DNA from: a virus
Virus record (IMG/VR): IMGVR_UViG_3300034063_000844
Direction: 5' to 3' (one strand)
Length of the DNA stretch: 41,716 nucleotides
The first letter of the stretch is position 1; each line of letters starts with the position of its first letter. This document shows positions 31,024 through 40,428 of this stretch, piece after piece. Position numbers and translations under genes: made by a program. The notes under the pieces were generated by a model, which did not search any database, was not told the origin of the DNA, and worked only from the letters and a program-made list of their open reading frames with translations.

Positions 31024-32252
31024 ATTGGGTTTCCTTTTGCGTCCAATCTTGTAATCAAATAGTCAAGCTCGATCTCTTGGCGAAGTCCATTAACCCCGCC
31101 GGTGTACTGAACCCCTTTAACCTTGTACCTTCCGTTTCTTTCGGGCAGTATCGCGTCTAAAATGTCTATGTTGTCGCCATGCTTTACATAGGGCATTCCG
31201 AATGTCACAAACTTGCCTTTTAAACCGGTATAGTAATATTTTCTCAATTCGTTTTCAGCCAGCTTTGCCAGCTCGTCCGTGGTTTTTGCGCCTAAAAAAT
31301 GAAGGGTGCGGCGCTCACCTCCGGTGTTAGGCGGCAAAGGCTTTTCTTTAGATCCCACTATTACCGTTGGCTTATCACTACCTCCCCTGAAAGTAACCAG
31401 CACCTCTAAGCGCTTTTTTCTCGTTTTCTCTTGCCCGTCTTTTGTCATTTGACCGGTAGATTCCTCAATTGTATTGATAGCAACAGCCGAAAGAATAGTA
31501 TCGTCTTTTCTCTTGTACTCTATGTTATCCGAAATGATGTTTTGCTGAAAGCGGAAAACCTTTTTACCAGCACTTACAGCGTCTTGCTCTAAGTATCTGA
31601 AGGACCCGCAACGAAGCTCACTACCCCTGAAGTAACTCTCAAAATGGAAGTCTTTTCTAAGTCTTGCCAGCACCTCGGCAATGGTTTCGTTTTGGGTGAT
31701 GAAATCTCCCATGTTGGTACTGGTAGTTTTATTAACAGTGAAAGGCAAGCCAGCATTTTTAATGAACTCCTCCAGCATGGTTTCAACAGTGTATTTGCTT
31801 GCGCTGAAAAACCCATTGTTCCCCCCTGTTGCCTGGTGTTGCTTTAACAGGTACATGTTATCCTGTATCTCCAAAACAAATGGCTTTTTTGACGTCACCC
31901 CGGATATGTACCCCTCAAAAATGGTTTGCATAGGGCTGACCTCGTTGCCGCGCTGGTCATAGTAAGCATACCCCCACTGAATGGAAACCTTGTCACCCAA
32001 TAGGAAAGTCGGTACCGTTTCGGAAAAGCCACCCAGGTTGACGTTAGTTCCACCCAGTGAAATTTTTTTGCCGCTTTTGTCAACTATGTACACATTTTTG
32101 GGAAGAGTGATCGTGCCGGCGTCGGTTAGGTTCTGCCAGCTGCTTTGAAACTCAAACTCATGGCAAAACTTGTAAATAATAACTCCCTTTCGGGCTGGAA
32201 AGTCCGCTGTTGGTTCTTGGGTAAACGTTATTTGAGTAAGTACACGGTACAT
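31020..32252 (-). CDS. Baseplate hub protein (P2 gpD / Mu gp44-like)
   Basis: 410 aa. Position between the tape-measure-proximal gene and the spike. Confidence 0.5.
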   Translation of the reverse strand: MYRVLTQITFTQEPTADFPARKGVIIYKFCHEFEFQSSWQNLTDAGTITLPKNVYIVDKSGKKISLGGTNVNLGGFSETVPTFLLGDKVSIQWGYAYYDQRGNEVSPMQTIFEGYISGVTSKKPFVLEIQDNMYLLKQHQATGGNNGFFSASKYTVETMLEEFIKNAGLPFTVNKTTSTNMGDFITQNETIAEVLARLRKDFHFESYFRGSELRCGSFRYLEQDAVSAGKKVFRFQQNIISDNIEYKRKDDTILSAVAINTIEESTGQMTKDGQEKTRKKRLEVLVTFRGGSDKPTVIVGSKEKPLPPNTGGERRTLHFLGAKTTDELAKLAENELRKYYYTGLKGKFVTFGMPYVKHGDNIDILDAILPERNGRYKVKGVQYTGGVNGLRQEIELDYLITRLDAKGNPI

Positions 32253-32869
32253 TATAGTATTTGCAATTCCAGCGGTTCGTCACTAATGGCATTAATAGTA
32301 AATTCTTGTTTGCTTATCCCCCCGGCGGTTTGCGGCATAGAATAGTCCTCAATAACTATATTGTAAACCCCCAGCCCATTTAAAAAACGGCTCACTACTG
32401 GTATAGAAACAGGAGATTCGCATATACGCTGCAAGGCCAGGGCTTCGGCTTCAGGGTATTGACCGTTTTCACCGGCAATTATTCCATTGATAGTAATTGC
32501 AAAGTCGTCTTTACTGATATACTCCTTTACGGTTCCGTTTTTACCCTGGATCTGCGTTTTTACAATAATTGAAGGCCTGGAAACAACACATAAAACCGTC
32601 TGAAGCCTTACTTCGTCGGCAGTAACTTGCCTGTTTTTATTGAAATCGGTATAGGTAACGGTCCGGAAAAGAAGGTCAATAACTACTGGCGTACCCAGCG
32701 CGCTTTTATATAGCTCCGGATCTCGGCTGTCTAACTGGTTAACCTTACCCTCATAGGGGTTATCTCTCACGGCCAGCGGTTGCAAATTGACAAGGTTAAA
32801 TGTCCTTACCAATTGCGTAACTGGAACACTGGGAATAATTATAGTTTTTGTAGTGGGTGTTAAGGCCAT
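32252..32869 (-). CDS. Tail/baseplate protein downstream of the tape measure
   Basis: 205 aa. Assigned by position only. Confidence 0.45.
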   Translation of the reverse strand: MALTPTTKTIIIPSVPVTQLVRTFNLVNLQPLAVRDNPYEGKVNQLDSRDPELYKSALGTPVVIDLLFRTVTYTDFNKNRQVTADEVRLQTVLCVVSRPSIIVKTQIQGKNGTVKEYISKDDFAITINGIIAGENGQYPEAEALALQRICESPVSIPVVSRFLNGLGVYNIVIEDYSMPQTAGGISKQEFTINAISDEPLELQIL

Positions 32870-34431
32870 TATTGTCCAGCTATTAATTGTGAATCATTCG
32901 TTGCACTTACAAGCGCCTGGGCTACCAGTTCACGAACCTTGGCTGACCCCTCCTGAATGTTTGTAGTGGCAATTTTGAAGTCCTTAATCAAAGAGCCAAT
33001 ATTGACGGTTATGGTAACGGCCTTTTGGCCTTGCGCTCCCTTTGTTTCGCTTTTAGTTGGTACCACAGCTGCGGCGGTTTTCTTTCCCCCGGCTTGGGCT
33101 GCCGGCTGTACCGTCTTCGGAGCTGCCACGGTTTTTTTGGCCTGATCAGCGGCAAAGTCTTTCATTCCACCCTCGTAACCTTCTTTAAAACCCTGGGCTA
33201 ATCTCTTACCTGCGTCAACCATAGCTCCAGCGCTTTGCTTAAAGCCCTCGACAATCATAGCTGAATCCAGCGTAAACACTCCCTTTATGACTTTCCAAAC
33301 TCCCTCGAATGCGTCAATAACAACCGAAGCCCATGCCTTAATGGTTCCCCAAACGCCCCACAATACAGCCCGAAAAACGCCAAACTTTTGATAAGCATAA
33401 ACCACTCCAGCGGTAAGCAAACCTATACCTGTAATAATAAGTCCAAGGGGGTTTGCATTCATGGCAATATTCAGCGCCCATTGTGCCGCTGTCATTAACC
33501 CGGTAACAATAATTCCCTGCCCCATGGTAAGTAAGTAAACCTGATAGGCCACGGTTGCAACGCCTACTCCGATAGCCACGGCTGAAACAATCTCTTTATT
33601 TCTTACCAGCCAGTTCCAGCCCTGGGTAAGTACGCTCACAAAACTGCTCAAACCCGAAATGATCGCGTCAATAGCCGGCTTTAAGTCATTGAACATTTGA
33701 ACGGATAGCTGAAAAACACTATCGCCTAAGTTGGATATTCTTACCGAAGTGTTTTGCGCCATATTTGCAAGTCCACCGGCATATATGCCACCCTCCTGTG
33801 ACGCTTTCTGAAGTGCCAGGGTCAGCATGTCATAGGAAACCTCCATATCCTTCACTTTCTCAATCGGCTGGTTGGTAGCTTCAGCCAGTACCTTGTAGAT
33901 ATTCACCCCAGCAAAAGCAAACTGCTTTATGTCCATGGCAGTCGCCTTCCCTACGTTCTTAATTTGCTGAAGGTTCACCACCATTCGCTGCAATTCATTG
34001 TCACCTCCTCCAGTTGCCGCAATAGCGTTGGCAAGGTTTAACACGTCGGTACGTGCGTCTTTAGCTCCCACCCCGGCACTGATTAAAGCCTTATTAGCAG
34101 CAAGCAGCCCCTCGAAGGCAAACGGCGTTTTTGTCGCGTCCTCCATGGTGTTATTGATAACTTGCTGGGCTTCGGCTTTGTCTTTTAGAAGGGTAGTAAG
34201 TCCGGTCAGCGCATTTTCTACCTGGGTTCCAGCAGCAACCATTTTCTGACCGAAAGCAACAACGGCAGCCGTACCAAAAGCAATTCCAACAGCACTGGCC
34301 AAATTCATTGCAGCCCCTTGCGCCTTGCCCAGTGTTCCCTCAAACTTGTTTACAGCGTCATTTGCTTGCTGAATTCTATTAGTCAGCAAATCACGAAGGG
34401 AGAGTGTATATTGTACTTGTTGATCGGACAT
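32869..34431 (-). CDS. Tape measure protein
   Basis: 520 aa, Ala/Gly-rich helical with a central hydrophobic block, located after the chaperone pair. Confidence 0.8.
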   Translation of the reverse strand: MSDQQVQYTLSLRDLLTNRIQQANDAVNKFEGTLGKAQGAAMNLASAVGIAFGTAAVVAFGQKMVAAGTQVENALTGLTTLLKDKAEAQQVINNTMEDATKTPFAFEGLLAANKALISAGVGAKDARTDVLNLANAIAATGGGDNELQRMVVNLQQIKNVGKATAMDIKQFAFAGVNIYKVLAEATNQPIEKVKDMEVSYDMLTLALQKASQEGGIYAGGLANMAQNTSVRISNLGDSVFQLSVQMFNDLKPAIDAIISGLSSFVSVLTQGWNWLVRNKEIVSAVAIGVGVATVAYQVYLLTMGQGIIVTGLMTAAQWALNIAMNANPLGLIITGIGLLTAGVVYAYQKFGVFRAVLWGVWGTIKAWASVVIDAFEGVWKVIKGVFTLDSAMIVEGFKQSAGAMVDAGKRLAQGFKEGYEGGMKDFAADQAKKTVAAPKTVQPAAQAGGKKTAAAVVPTKSETKGAQGQKAVTITVNIGSLIKDFKIATTNIQEGSAKVRELVAQALVSATNDSQLIAGQ

Positions 34432-34432
34432 T

Positions 34433-34606
34433 TTACTGCCATTTTACTTGGTTTGCCAGCTGCATATAGTATTTTACCCTTCCCCAGCACTTCCAAAAAT
34501 CTTCCTCCGTCAGCGTGTCCGGGTCTATATGCAAACAGCAGTGAATTAGCGCCGATATTCGCGTTTCATCACTGCTGTCCTCATCAACCGTATATCGGTC
34601 GATCAT
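34433..34606 (-). CDS. -1 frame extension of the tail assembly chaperone (or a 57-aa ATGA-coupled ORF)
   Basis: It fills exactly the gap between the chaperone stop and the tape measure start. Translation MIDRYTVDEDSSDETRISALIHCCLHIDPDTLTEEDFWKCWGRVKYYMQLANQVKWQ. An A9 run at 34606-34614 precedes it. Confidence 0.5.
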   Translation of the reverse strand: MIDRYTVDEDSSDETRISALIHCCLHIDPDTLTEEDFWKCWGRVKYYMQLANQVKWQ

Positions 34607-34959
34607 TTTTTTTTATCTACCTGGTTAGCCGCAAAACTGATCATTTCAGATACAGCGTAAACGGCTCCCATGTAGTAATTGTCGTCTTCTGACCTTTCAG
34701 AACTGATACGCGGGTCGCTATGTTCCTTTAGCAGTGTGGCGTCGAGCGCCTGGCTGCATGCACTATAAAACCCGGTCGCGTACTTGTCCATTACTGCCAG
34801 CTTTACTGCCCGGCTTGGCTCTTTCACAAACCCGATAACTGGCTCCTTGTCTTTTTCAACAAAGAAAATCAACGGGTGAACTTTTACTTTCAGATCTTCC
34901 GAAAGCTGGGCAGCTTTCTGATTGGCTGCTTCATTTGCAGCCTTTAGTTTTTCATCCAT
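34603..34959 (-). CDS. Tail assembly chaperone
   Basis: 118 aa between the tube and the tape measure. It ends in GAT AAA AAA AAA TGA. Confidence 0.6.
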   Translation of the reverse strand: MDEKLKAANEAANQKAAQLSEDLKVKVHPLIFFVEKDKEPVIGFVKEPSRAVKLAVMDKYATGFYSACSQALDATLLKEHSDPRISSERSEDDNYYMGAVYAVSEMISFAANQVDKKK

Positions 34960-34980
34960 GCGTTTGTTGTTTTGGTTGTT

Positions 34981-35403
34981 TTAGAGAACGTGCGTCACCC
35001 CGGCAATAATCAAAGGAATCTTAATGAGAATCTTTGAATCGCCTTGCTTTGCAGCAAAGGGGTCTTCCATAAATTCGCATGCTTCCAAATTATCTTGACG
35101 GAATGAAAGTGCAGTATCTCCAAAAAGAACCTGGATAGGAAAAGGCTTAATCAACAGCGGGTCCTTTGACGGAGCTGCTGCAATGATCCGGCGCCACTCG
35201 TCCAAAAACAAAGTGATGTCGGCTTCATATTCTACGTTACCATAACCACGGCTCACAGGCTCAACTCCAGCACCATACTGGTTTTCTTTTGCCTGCTTGC
35301 GGTTATAATTGATCTCGGTAATTCCCACCACGGGAACGCCAAAAAGGTTGAACTTAATGTTTGACCAGCTGTAATTCACTCCATTGATCAGCGGGGTTGC
35401 CAT
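34981..35403 (-). CDS. Tail tube protein
   Basis: 140 aa, assigned by position after the sheath-size gene. Confidence 0.5.
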   Translation of the reverse strand: MATPLINGVNYSWSNIKFNLFGVPVVGITEINYNRKQAKENQYGAGVEPVSRGYGNVEYEADITLFLDEWRRIIAAAPSKDPLLIKPFPIQVLFGDTALSFRQDNLEACEFMEDPFAAKQGDSKILIKIPLIIAGVTHVL

Positions 35404-35414
35404 ATCGTGTAAGT

Positions 35415-36944
35415 TTAAATTGTTACGTTATATCCGATATTAACCACAATGTTTCTACCGGTAGCAATTTGCACCAGGGTAACATTGATAGTCAAAATAC
35501 CAGTTGAAAGAACATTTTGCAGGGTGTTTACATTCGCTGCAAAGCCGCTTAACTCTCCGTTTCTTACCATTTCATTCAGGGCAATGCCGGCCAGTCCTTC
35601 AAAATAAGCTGCTGCTTCGTCGCTTAATGTTCCGTCACTCTTTAAAGTGATAGGGCTATTGAGCGCTGGAAGTACGCTGGCATAAATGCCACGGGTAGCC
35701 TTCTGAATTGTCCGGTTATCACTGATATAGGCATAATCGCTGGAAAGTGCAATGCTGGTACTGTTCTCGTTAAAGAACGAACCTGAAACGCCTACAAACT
35801 TTCTAAGGAAAATGTACCTCTCGGCCTGAAGTGTTCCCAGCAGGTTATCGTTTACGCTGGAATGAGAGAACAAAACGCCGTTTGCAAATGCCAGCACGTC
35901 GCATTCAACTCCGTTGCTGATATTAAACTGCGCTACCCATGCAATACTGTGAGAAACCTTTGCTTTAGCAACGGCTCCTAAAGTCGCACCCAGTACGGTC
36001 ACCGACTTGCCGGTTGTCAGGTAAAGTAAAGCTCCGCGAGCTGCACCGTCTTGACCGATAATTGCCGAACAATAATGAGCTGAAAGGGTTGAAAGGTCTG
36101 CCAGGGTGCTAATGTCCGTTACAGCTGCAATGTCACCAGCATAAAGGGCAATGATCTCCCTGTGAGCTGCTACGTTAGCTGCACAAACATTGTGAATGGT
36201 GGTAACGTCTGCACTGGCGAAAGCTGCGCTGTCCTTAAATACTCCAATTTGTCTGATTTTACCGTTTGCAAAAATTTGCATGGTGGTAATTTCAGTAAAC
36301 GTGTAAGATCCTGGAACAGCATAAATACCAACATACAGGTTTCCCTGGGGTTGCAAGCGGAAATACTCGCTGATGTGGTAGTGCCATACAGCAAAACGGG
36401 AAGCAACGCCACCGGTGAATTGAGTAATTGTACCGGCAAGGGTAGCTCCAGCGCTGTATGTAGCGGTAAGCGGTGATCCAGTGTTCAGGAAAATTCCCAG
36501 CCCGGCTTTTGCGGTAATGGTAACTGTGGCCGTGTTTACGGTTGCACTGTACCCGTGTGTACTGGTTCCGGCATTAATAGCAGCAGCGATAGCCGTTGCC
36601 ACGTTTGCAGCTGTAGTTTCACTTGCTGATTTTGTGTAAGCCCCAAGGCTTACTACTACTCCAAAAGGCTCATTAACACGAAGCTCAACTCGATCTCCGT
36701 TTGCACCTACGGTAGTAACCAGGAACGTTGCTGTTGCCTTTGTTTCGTCACTGAAATTATTATTGATTCCAGCCGCTTCAGCGTCAGCCAGGCTGAAAAA
36801 TTGCTTGATCCTGTTGCCGGCACTGAAACCGGAAGGCAGCGTGCCGTTTGTGTAAAACAGCAAGCCCGAAATATAATCTTCCCCAGGAAGGGCGCGGCCA
36901 AGGCCGCCCTGTCCTAAGTTGAATGTAATGTTGTTAAGTGACAT
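35415..36944 (-). CDS. Tail sheath protein candidate
   Basis: 509 aa, upstream of the tube, chaperone and tape measure. The P2/Mu-type hub and spike genes imply a contractile tail. Confidence 0.5.
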   Translation of the reverse strand: MSLNNITFNLGQGGLGRALPGEDYISGLLFYTNGTLPSGFSAGNRIKQFFSLADAEAAGINNNFSDETKATATFLVTTVGANGDRVELRVNEPFGVVVSLGAYTKSASETTAANVATAIAAAINAGTSTHGYSATVNTATVTITAKAGLGIFLNTGSPLTATYSAGATLAGTITQFTGGVASRFAVWHYHISEYFRLQPQGNLYVGIYAVPGSYTFTEITTMQIFANGKIRQIGVFKDSAAFASADVTTIHNVCAANVAAHREIIALYAGDIAAVTDISTLADLSTLSAHYCSAIIGQDGAARGALLYLTTGKSVTVLGATLGAVAKAKVSHSIAWVAQFNISNGVECDVLAFANGVLFSHSSVNDNLLGTLQAERYIFLRKFVGVSGSFFNENSTSIALSSDYAYISDNRTIQKATRGIYASVLPALNSPITLKSDGTLSDEAAAYFEGLAGIALNEMVRNGELSGFAANVNTLQNVLSTGILTINVTLVQIATGRNIVVNIGYNVTI

Positions 36945-36957
36945 TTGTGGGTGGTTT

Positions 36958-37176
36958 TTAACCGTTCAAAATATCCTCGCGGCTTATTGCCGTGAATCCT
37001 GGTTTTTCAGCAAAATGCCAGTTTCCCTCTTTGTCCATGTACACACAATTAATGTGGGGGTACTTTACCAGTGTTGCCACCAGTTCCTTGTTATATTTAG
37101 GGGAAACGCTATCGTTTTCAATAGGTTCAATGCTATCGTTTTCGATAGGTTCAATTTGCTTTTTTGGTCTTGCCAT
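36958..37176 (-). CDS. Hypothetical protein with a duplicated IEPIENDS octapeptide
   Basis: 72-aa ORF. Confidence 0.5.
   Translation of the reverse strand: MARPKKQIEPIENDSIEPIENDSVSPKYNKELVATLVKYPHINCVYMDKEGNWHFAEKPGFTAISREDILNG
37108..37155. repeat. 2 x 24-bp tandem repeat (1 mismatch)
   Basis: gctatcgttttcaataggttcaat / gctatcgttttcgataggttcaat. Confidence 0.9.
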
Positions 37177-37194
37177 GGTAAGTTGATTTAAAAA

Positions 37195-37626
37195 TTATTG
37201 TACTACTCTTGCCTGTTCTACCCACCGAACGCCATTGAAAACAAAACTGATAACAGCGACAGCTCCAGCGGAAAGGGTAGCCGATCCAGCACTAATAAAG
37301 TTGGGAGAGGTAAATTTTAACCGACGTCCGTTGGCACCGGAAACAACAAATACTATTTTATCTCCTAAATAGCTGTTGGTAACTACTGGGGAACGCAAAA
37401 CCAGGGTGTCCACGTTAAGGGTAACGCGGTACAGGGTTTCATAGGCGTTGGGATTGATAACGGCGCTATCCATGCCGGCAGCGTCAGTCAGGGAAACCAG
37501 CTTGTAGTTCAACGAACGGCCGGTGTTGTCCTCGTTTTTCTTAGTTCCGAAACGGGGGCTGGTAGATTGAGCATTCACAGCTACAAAGGCTACCACTGCA
37601 ATAAGAAGGAATAAAAACTTTTTCAT
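37195..37626 (-). CDS. Secreted beta-rich protein encoded inside the head-tail module
   Basis: Signal peptide MKKFLFLLIAVVAFVAVNAQ. Confidence 0.6.
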   Translation of the reverse strand: MKKFLFLLIAVVAFVAVNAQSTSPRFGTKKNEDNTGRSLNYKLVSLTDAAGMDSAVINPNAYETLYRVTLNVDTLVLRSPVVTNSYLGDKIVFVVSGANGRRLKFTSPNFISAGSATLSAGAVAVISFVFNGVRWVEQARVVQ

Positions 37627-37642
37627 TGAAGTATAGTTTTAA

Positions 37643-37668
37643 GAAAGCCCCACGGTTGCAGGGCTTTC
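37643..37668 (-). other. Perfect 8-bp stem-loop just downstream of the capsid gene (weak terminator or mRNA stabiliser)
   Basis: GAAAGCCC-10 nt-GGGCTTTC. Only a short U stretch follows. Confidence 0.35.
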
Positions 37669-37678
37669 CGGTTATTTA

Positions 37679-38677
37679 TTAGGAATTGAAATAGGAAGCA
37701 TTCAGCGTTGTGTACAGGAAAACTTGGTTAGAGAATCCGTACTGAACGTCAAACTTCATCAGTCCTTTCAGGAAGAACAGCTCACTGTTATTCTGAAGGC
37801 GCATTAACTGAAGGTTGTTGTCCTCGGTTGAGTTCATACCTACATAGAGGTTAGAACTTGTATCGGGCAAGCCCTCACAGAAAAGGATTGTGTCGTCAGG
37901 GAAACCAGCCAAAGGCACTACTTCATAACCTTTCCATGGCTTAATGCCACGATCCATAGTGTTCAAACCTTTGAAGGTAGTACCGGTAACCAAAGCCGCT
38001 TGATACAGTTGCTCCGTTTCAATTGAAACAAAGAACTTCATGCGCTCGTAACGGTTTGCGCGGCTGATCAAAGCCTTTCTATTGGTTGCAACGGACGTAA
38101 TAAGCGCGTCCATTTTCTCCAGTATGTTTGCGGCTGTCAGGGCAACAGGGTTGGCAATAGTTACAACGCTGGCGTCATTAACGAACTTTTTCATAAAGCC
38201 GTCCATGAACATCAACTGTCCGTTACCTGGATCACCAGGGGTGGCGTTGTAGGTAGTTGAACCCATCCAAATTTCAGTTTCAATCTGCTCGAAAGTCCTG
38301 TTAAGGGCAATCTGCATCATGTAGTTTTCCGCTGTCAAAGGCAGTTCACGCGCTAACAATGTGGGTGAAAGCTGCTCGGCTAACCAATGCTCCTCGAAGT
38401 CGCGAGGGTTAAATTCGGTATAGAACATGTGGTCTTGCGGCTCCAATACGCGTCCGTCAATCGTGAAATTGCCGTTAGTTGCGTTGCTAACCGGAGTAGC
38501 AGCACGGGGCTGGAGAGGGTTTGTGAGGTCAATACGGCCAATGGTATGCTTCTTTTTGATACCGTCCTTCACATACACAGCACCTTTTTGAATAGTGTCC
38601 ATGCCGAAGGTAGCCGGCAGCCAAAAATAGCTGGCAAAAGTACCGGAGTACGACGTGTCATTGATAACGAGTGACAT
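37679..38677 (-). CDS. Major capsid protein
   Basis: 332 aa, directly downstream of the protease/scaffold gene and followed by a stem-loop. Confidence 0.65.
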   Translation of the reverse strand: MSLVINDTSYSGTFASYFWLPATFGMDTIQKGAVYVKDGIKKKHTIGRIDLTNPLQPRAATPVSNATNGNFTIDGRVLEPQDHMFYTEFNPRDFEEHWLAEQLSPTLLARELPLTAENYMMQIALNRTFEQIETEIWMGSTTYNATPGDPGNGQLMFMDGFMKKFVNDASVVTIANPVALTAANILEKMDALITSVATNRKALISRANRYERMKFFVSIETEQLYQAALVTGTTFKGLNTMDRGIKPWKGYEVVPLAGFPDDTILFCEGLPDTSSNLYVGMNSTEDNNLQLMRLQNNSELFFLKGLMKFDVQYGFSNQVFLYTTLNASYFNS

Positions 38678-38709
38678 TTTGGTTGAGTTTTATCAGTTAC
38701 GGATTTAGA

Positions 38710-39840
38710 TTACTTTTTTTTGGTTTGGTTCATAACCTTTGCCATTAAAGAAGCAGCTGAAGTAGCAATTTCTCCTTTTTGGGGTTCAACGGCAATGTGA
38801 ACAGCAGCCTTGTTTAAGGGCAGGCTTTCCAGCATGGTCTTTACGCCTTGCATATCGTCCTTCGCTTTTGCAATCCATGACTGGAGGGTTACGTCGTCGT
38901 TTTTGATACGACCCTGGGAAGCGTAACCTTTGATCATGTTGGTTGCTTCAGCAACGCGGGCAGCTTCAGCAGCAGCGTCTTTTTCCGCTTGCAGTTGAGC
39001 AAGTTGCTCCTGGGCGGCGTTTAATGCTTGGGCGGCTTGTTCAGCGGCTTGCGTTTGTGCGGCTATCTCCGCACGGAGAGCTTCTATTTGAGCTTCCCTT
39101 TCGGATAGCTGATTCTGCACGCTCTCAATAGCAGCTACAATGCTCGCTTCGGCAGCGTCGGAGTTCAGCCCCAGCTTGTTTGTTACAAGTTTCATCTTTG
39201 ACGGGGTTTGATTATTAAAATATTGATTAAGAACAAGGTTTGCTTCATTCCATATTCCCTCTAAGTCATTCATTGCACGGCTTAAACGGGGAGCATTCAG
39301 GCCAGCAGTAGCTTCAATTTCGTCACACAAATTCATTGACCTGGCTTCTTCGGCATTGATAAAAGAAGTCCTGTCCATCATTACTCCCACAGCTTGCTCG
39401 TCCATGCCTGACTTTTGGCAAATGATTTTATTCAGGCTTTCCTTCATGCTTTTAATTACGCCTTCGTCGCTACCGTCTTTGTCAGGGGTATAGGGGTTAT
39501 GGTACATCAATATCCCATAGTCTGCCATTACCCGCTTTCTGCCACACTGGAAAATAACCCCAGCCATGGAAGCAGCGATACCTGCACAATATGTGTCGAC
39601 CTTAGTCTTGCTCTTTAAAATAGCGTTGCAAATGTTATAGCCGTCCACTACACTTCCACCGGTAGAATTGATCCAAACCTGAATGCGCTTCTTTCCCATT
39701 CCGTCCAGCGCCATGAGTTCTGAAGCAAAGCGGCTGCCGTCAATTCCGTAACCGTTCTTTTCATCCCAGCCGCCAATGTGCTTATCCAACATCATTATTG
39801 GTTCGTCAGATGAAATGTTATGTACGTATTGCATTTCCAT
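38710..39840 (-). CDS. ClpP/S49-like head maturation protease fused to a coiled-coil scaffold region
   Basis: Pattern VWINSTGGSVVDG...GIAASMAGVIF, with a C-terminal Ala/Gln/Glu-rich coiled coil. Confidence 0.75.
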   Translation of the reverse strand: MEMQYVHNISSDEPIMMLDKHIGGWDEKNGYGIDGSRFASELMALDGMGKKRIQVWINSTGGSVVDGYNICNAILKSKTKVDTYCAGIAASMAGVIFQCGRKRVMADYGILMYHNPYTPDKDGSDEGVIKSMKESLNKIICQKSGMDEQAVGVMMDRTSFINAEEARSMNLCDEIEATAGLNAPRLSRAMNDLEGIWNEANLVLNQYFNNQTPSKMKLVTNKLGLNSDAAEASIVAAIESVQNQLSEREAQIEALRAEIAAQTQAAEQAAQALNAAQEQLAQLQAEKDAAAEAARVAEATNMIKGYASQGRIKNDDVTLQSWIAKAKDDMQGVKTMLESLPLNKAAVHIAVEPQKGEIATSAASLMAKVMNQTKKK

Positions 39841-39896
39841 TTGACTGTAAATTATAATTCGGTAAACATGAGGGGCTTGTCGTACACTACAAAGTT

Positions 39897-40115
39897 TTAA
39901 TACTGGTGCCTGGACTGTTTTAGAATGCGCTCCTGTTCGGGCTTGGGCATACGGTCAAAAAATTCTTTTAGTGCCTGGGTAACCACTTCCGATTTTCGCA
40001 TTTCATTGACAGTAGCATAGGCCACCGTTAGGCTGTGATACTTGGGAGGAGGATAAGAATGCACCCGCCTTTTAAGGGCTTCCTTAGTAGACTGGTAGGT
40101 TTTCTTTTCTGCCAT
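39897..40115 (-). CDS. Ribbon-helix-helix (CopG/Arc-like) DNA-binding protein candidate
   Basis: 72 aa. Beta-strand-like HSLTVAY is followed by two helices (EMRKSEVVTQALKEFFDRM). Confidence 0.5.
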   Translation of the reverse strand: MAEKKTYQSTKEALKRRVHSYPPPKYHSLTVAYATVNEMRKSEVVTQALKEFFDRMPKPEQERILKQSRHQY

Positions 40116-40125
40116 ATATACGGGT

Positions 40126-40428
40126 TTAACATGTTTGTCCAGTATCAGATTGAATTTCGCCTGTTAAGTCGTTCAGATTAAAAATAGATCCAATAGCAGG
40201 ATCAAGCACATAGGAATAACCAGTTACAGGGTTTGTTAAGGCATCATCCCAGTACAATATCATTCCAGGCGCAATAGTGCCAGCGCTTGAAGCCGTGTAA
40301 AGCGTTTGAGTTGGGAGCGTGCAAATGTTCAAATAATTAGAAAAAGTTGCAACAACCAGCGTCCGTGTAAAACCAGCTGGCGGGGTTGACGTTCCCGGAT
40401 CTATTGCCATGTAGTACCTTTCAATCAT
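40126..40428 (-). CDS. Hypothetical protein (100 aa), possible fibre accessory protein
   Basis: Start set at ATG 40428 (TAATG overlap): MIERYYMAIDPG... Confidence 0.5.
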   Translation of the reverse strand: MIERYYMAIDPGTSTPPAGFTRTLVVATFSNYLNICTLPTQTLYTASSAGTIAPGMILYWDDALTNPVTGYSYVLDPAIGSIFNLNDLTGEIQSDTGQTC

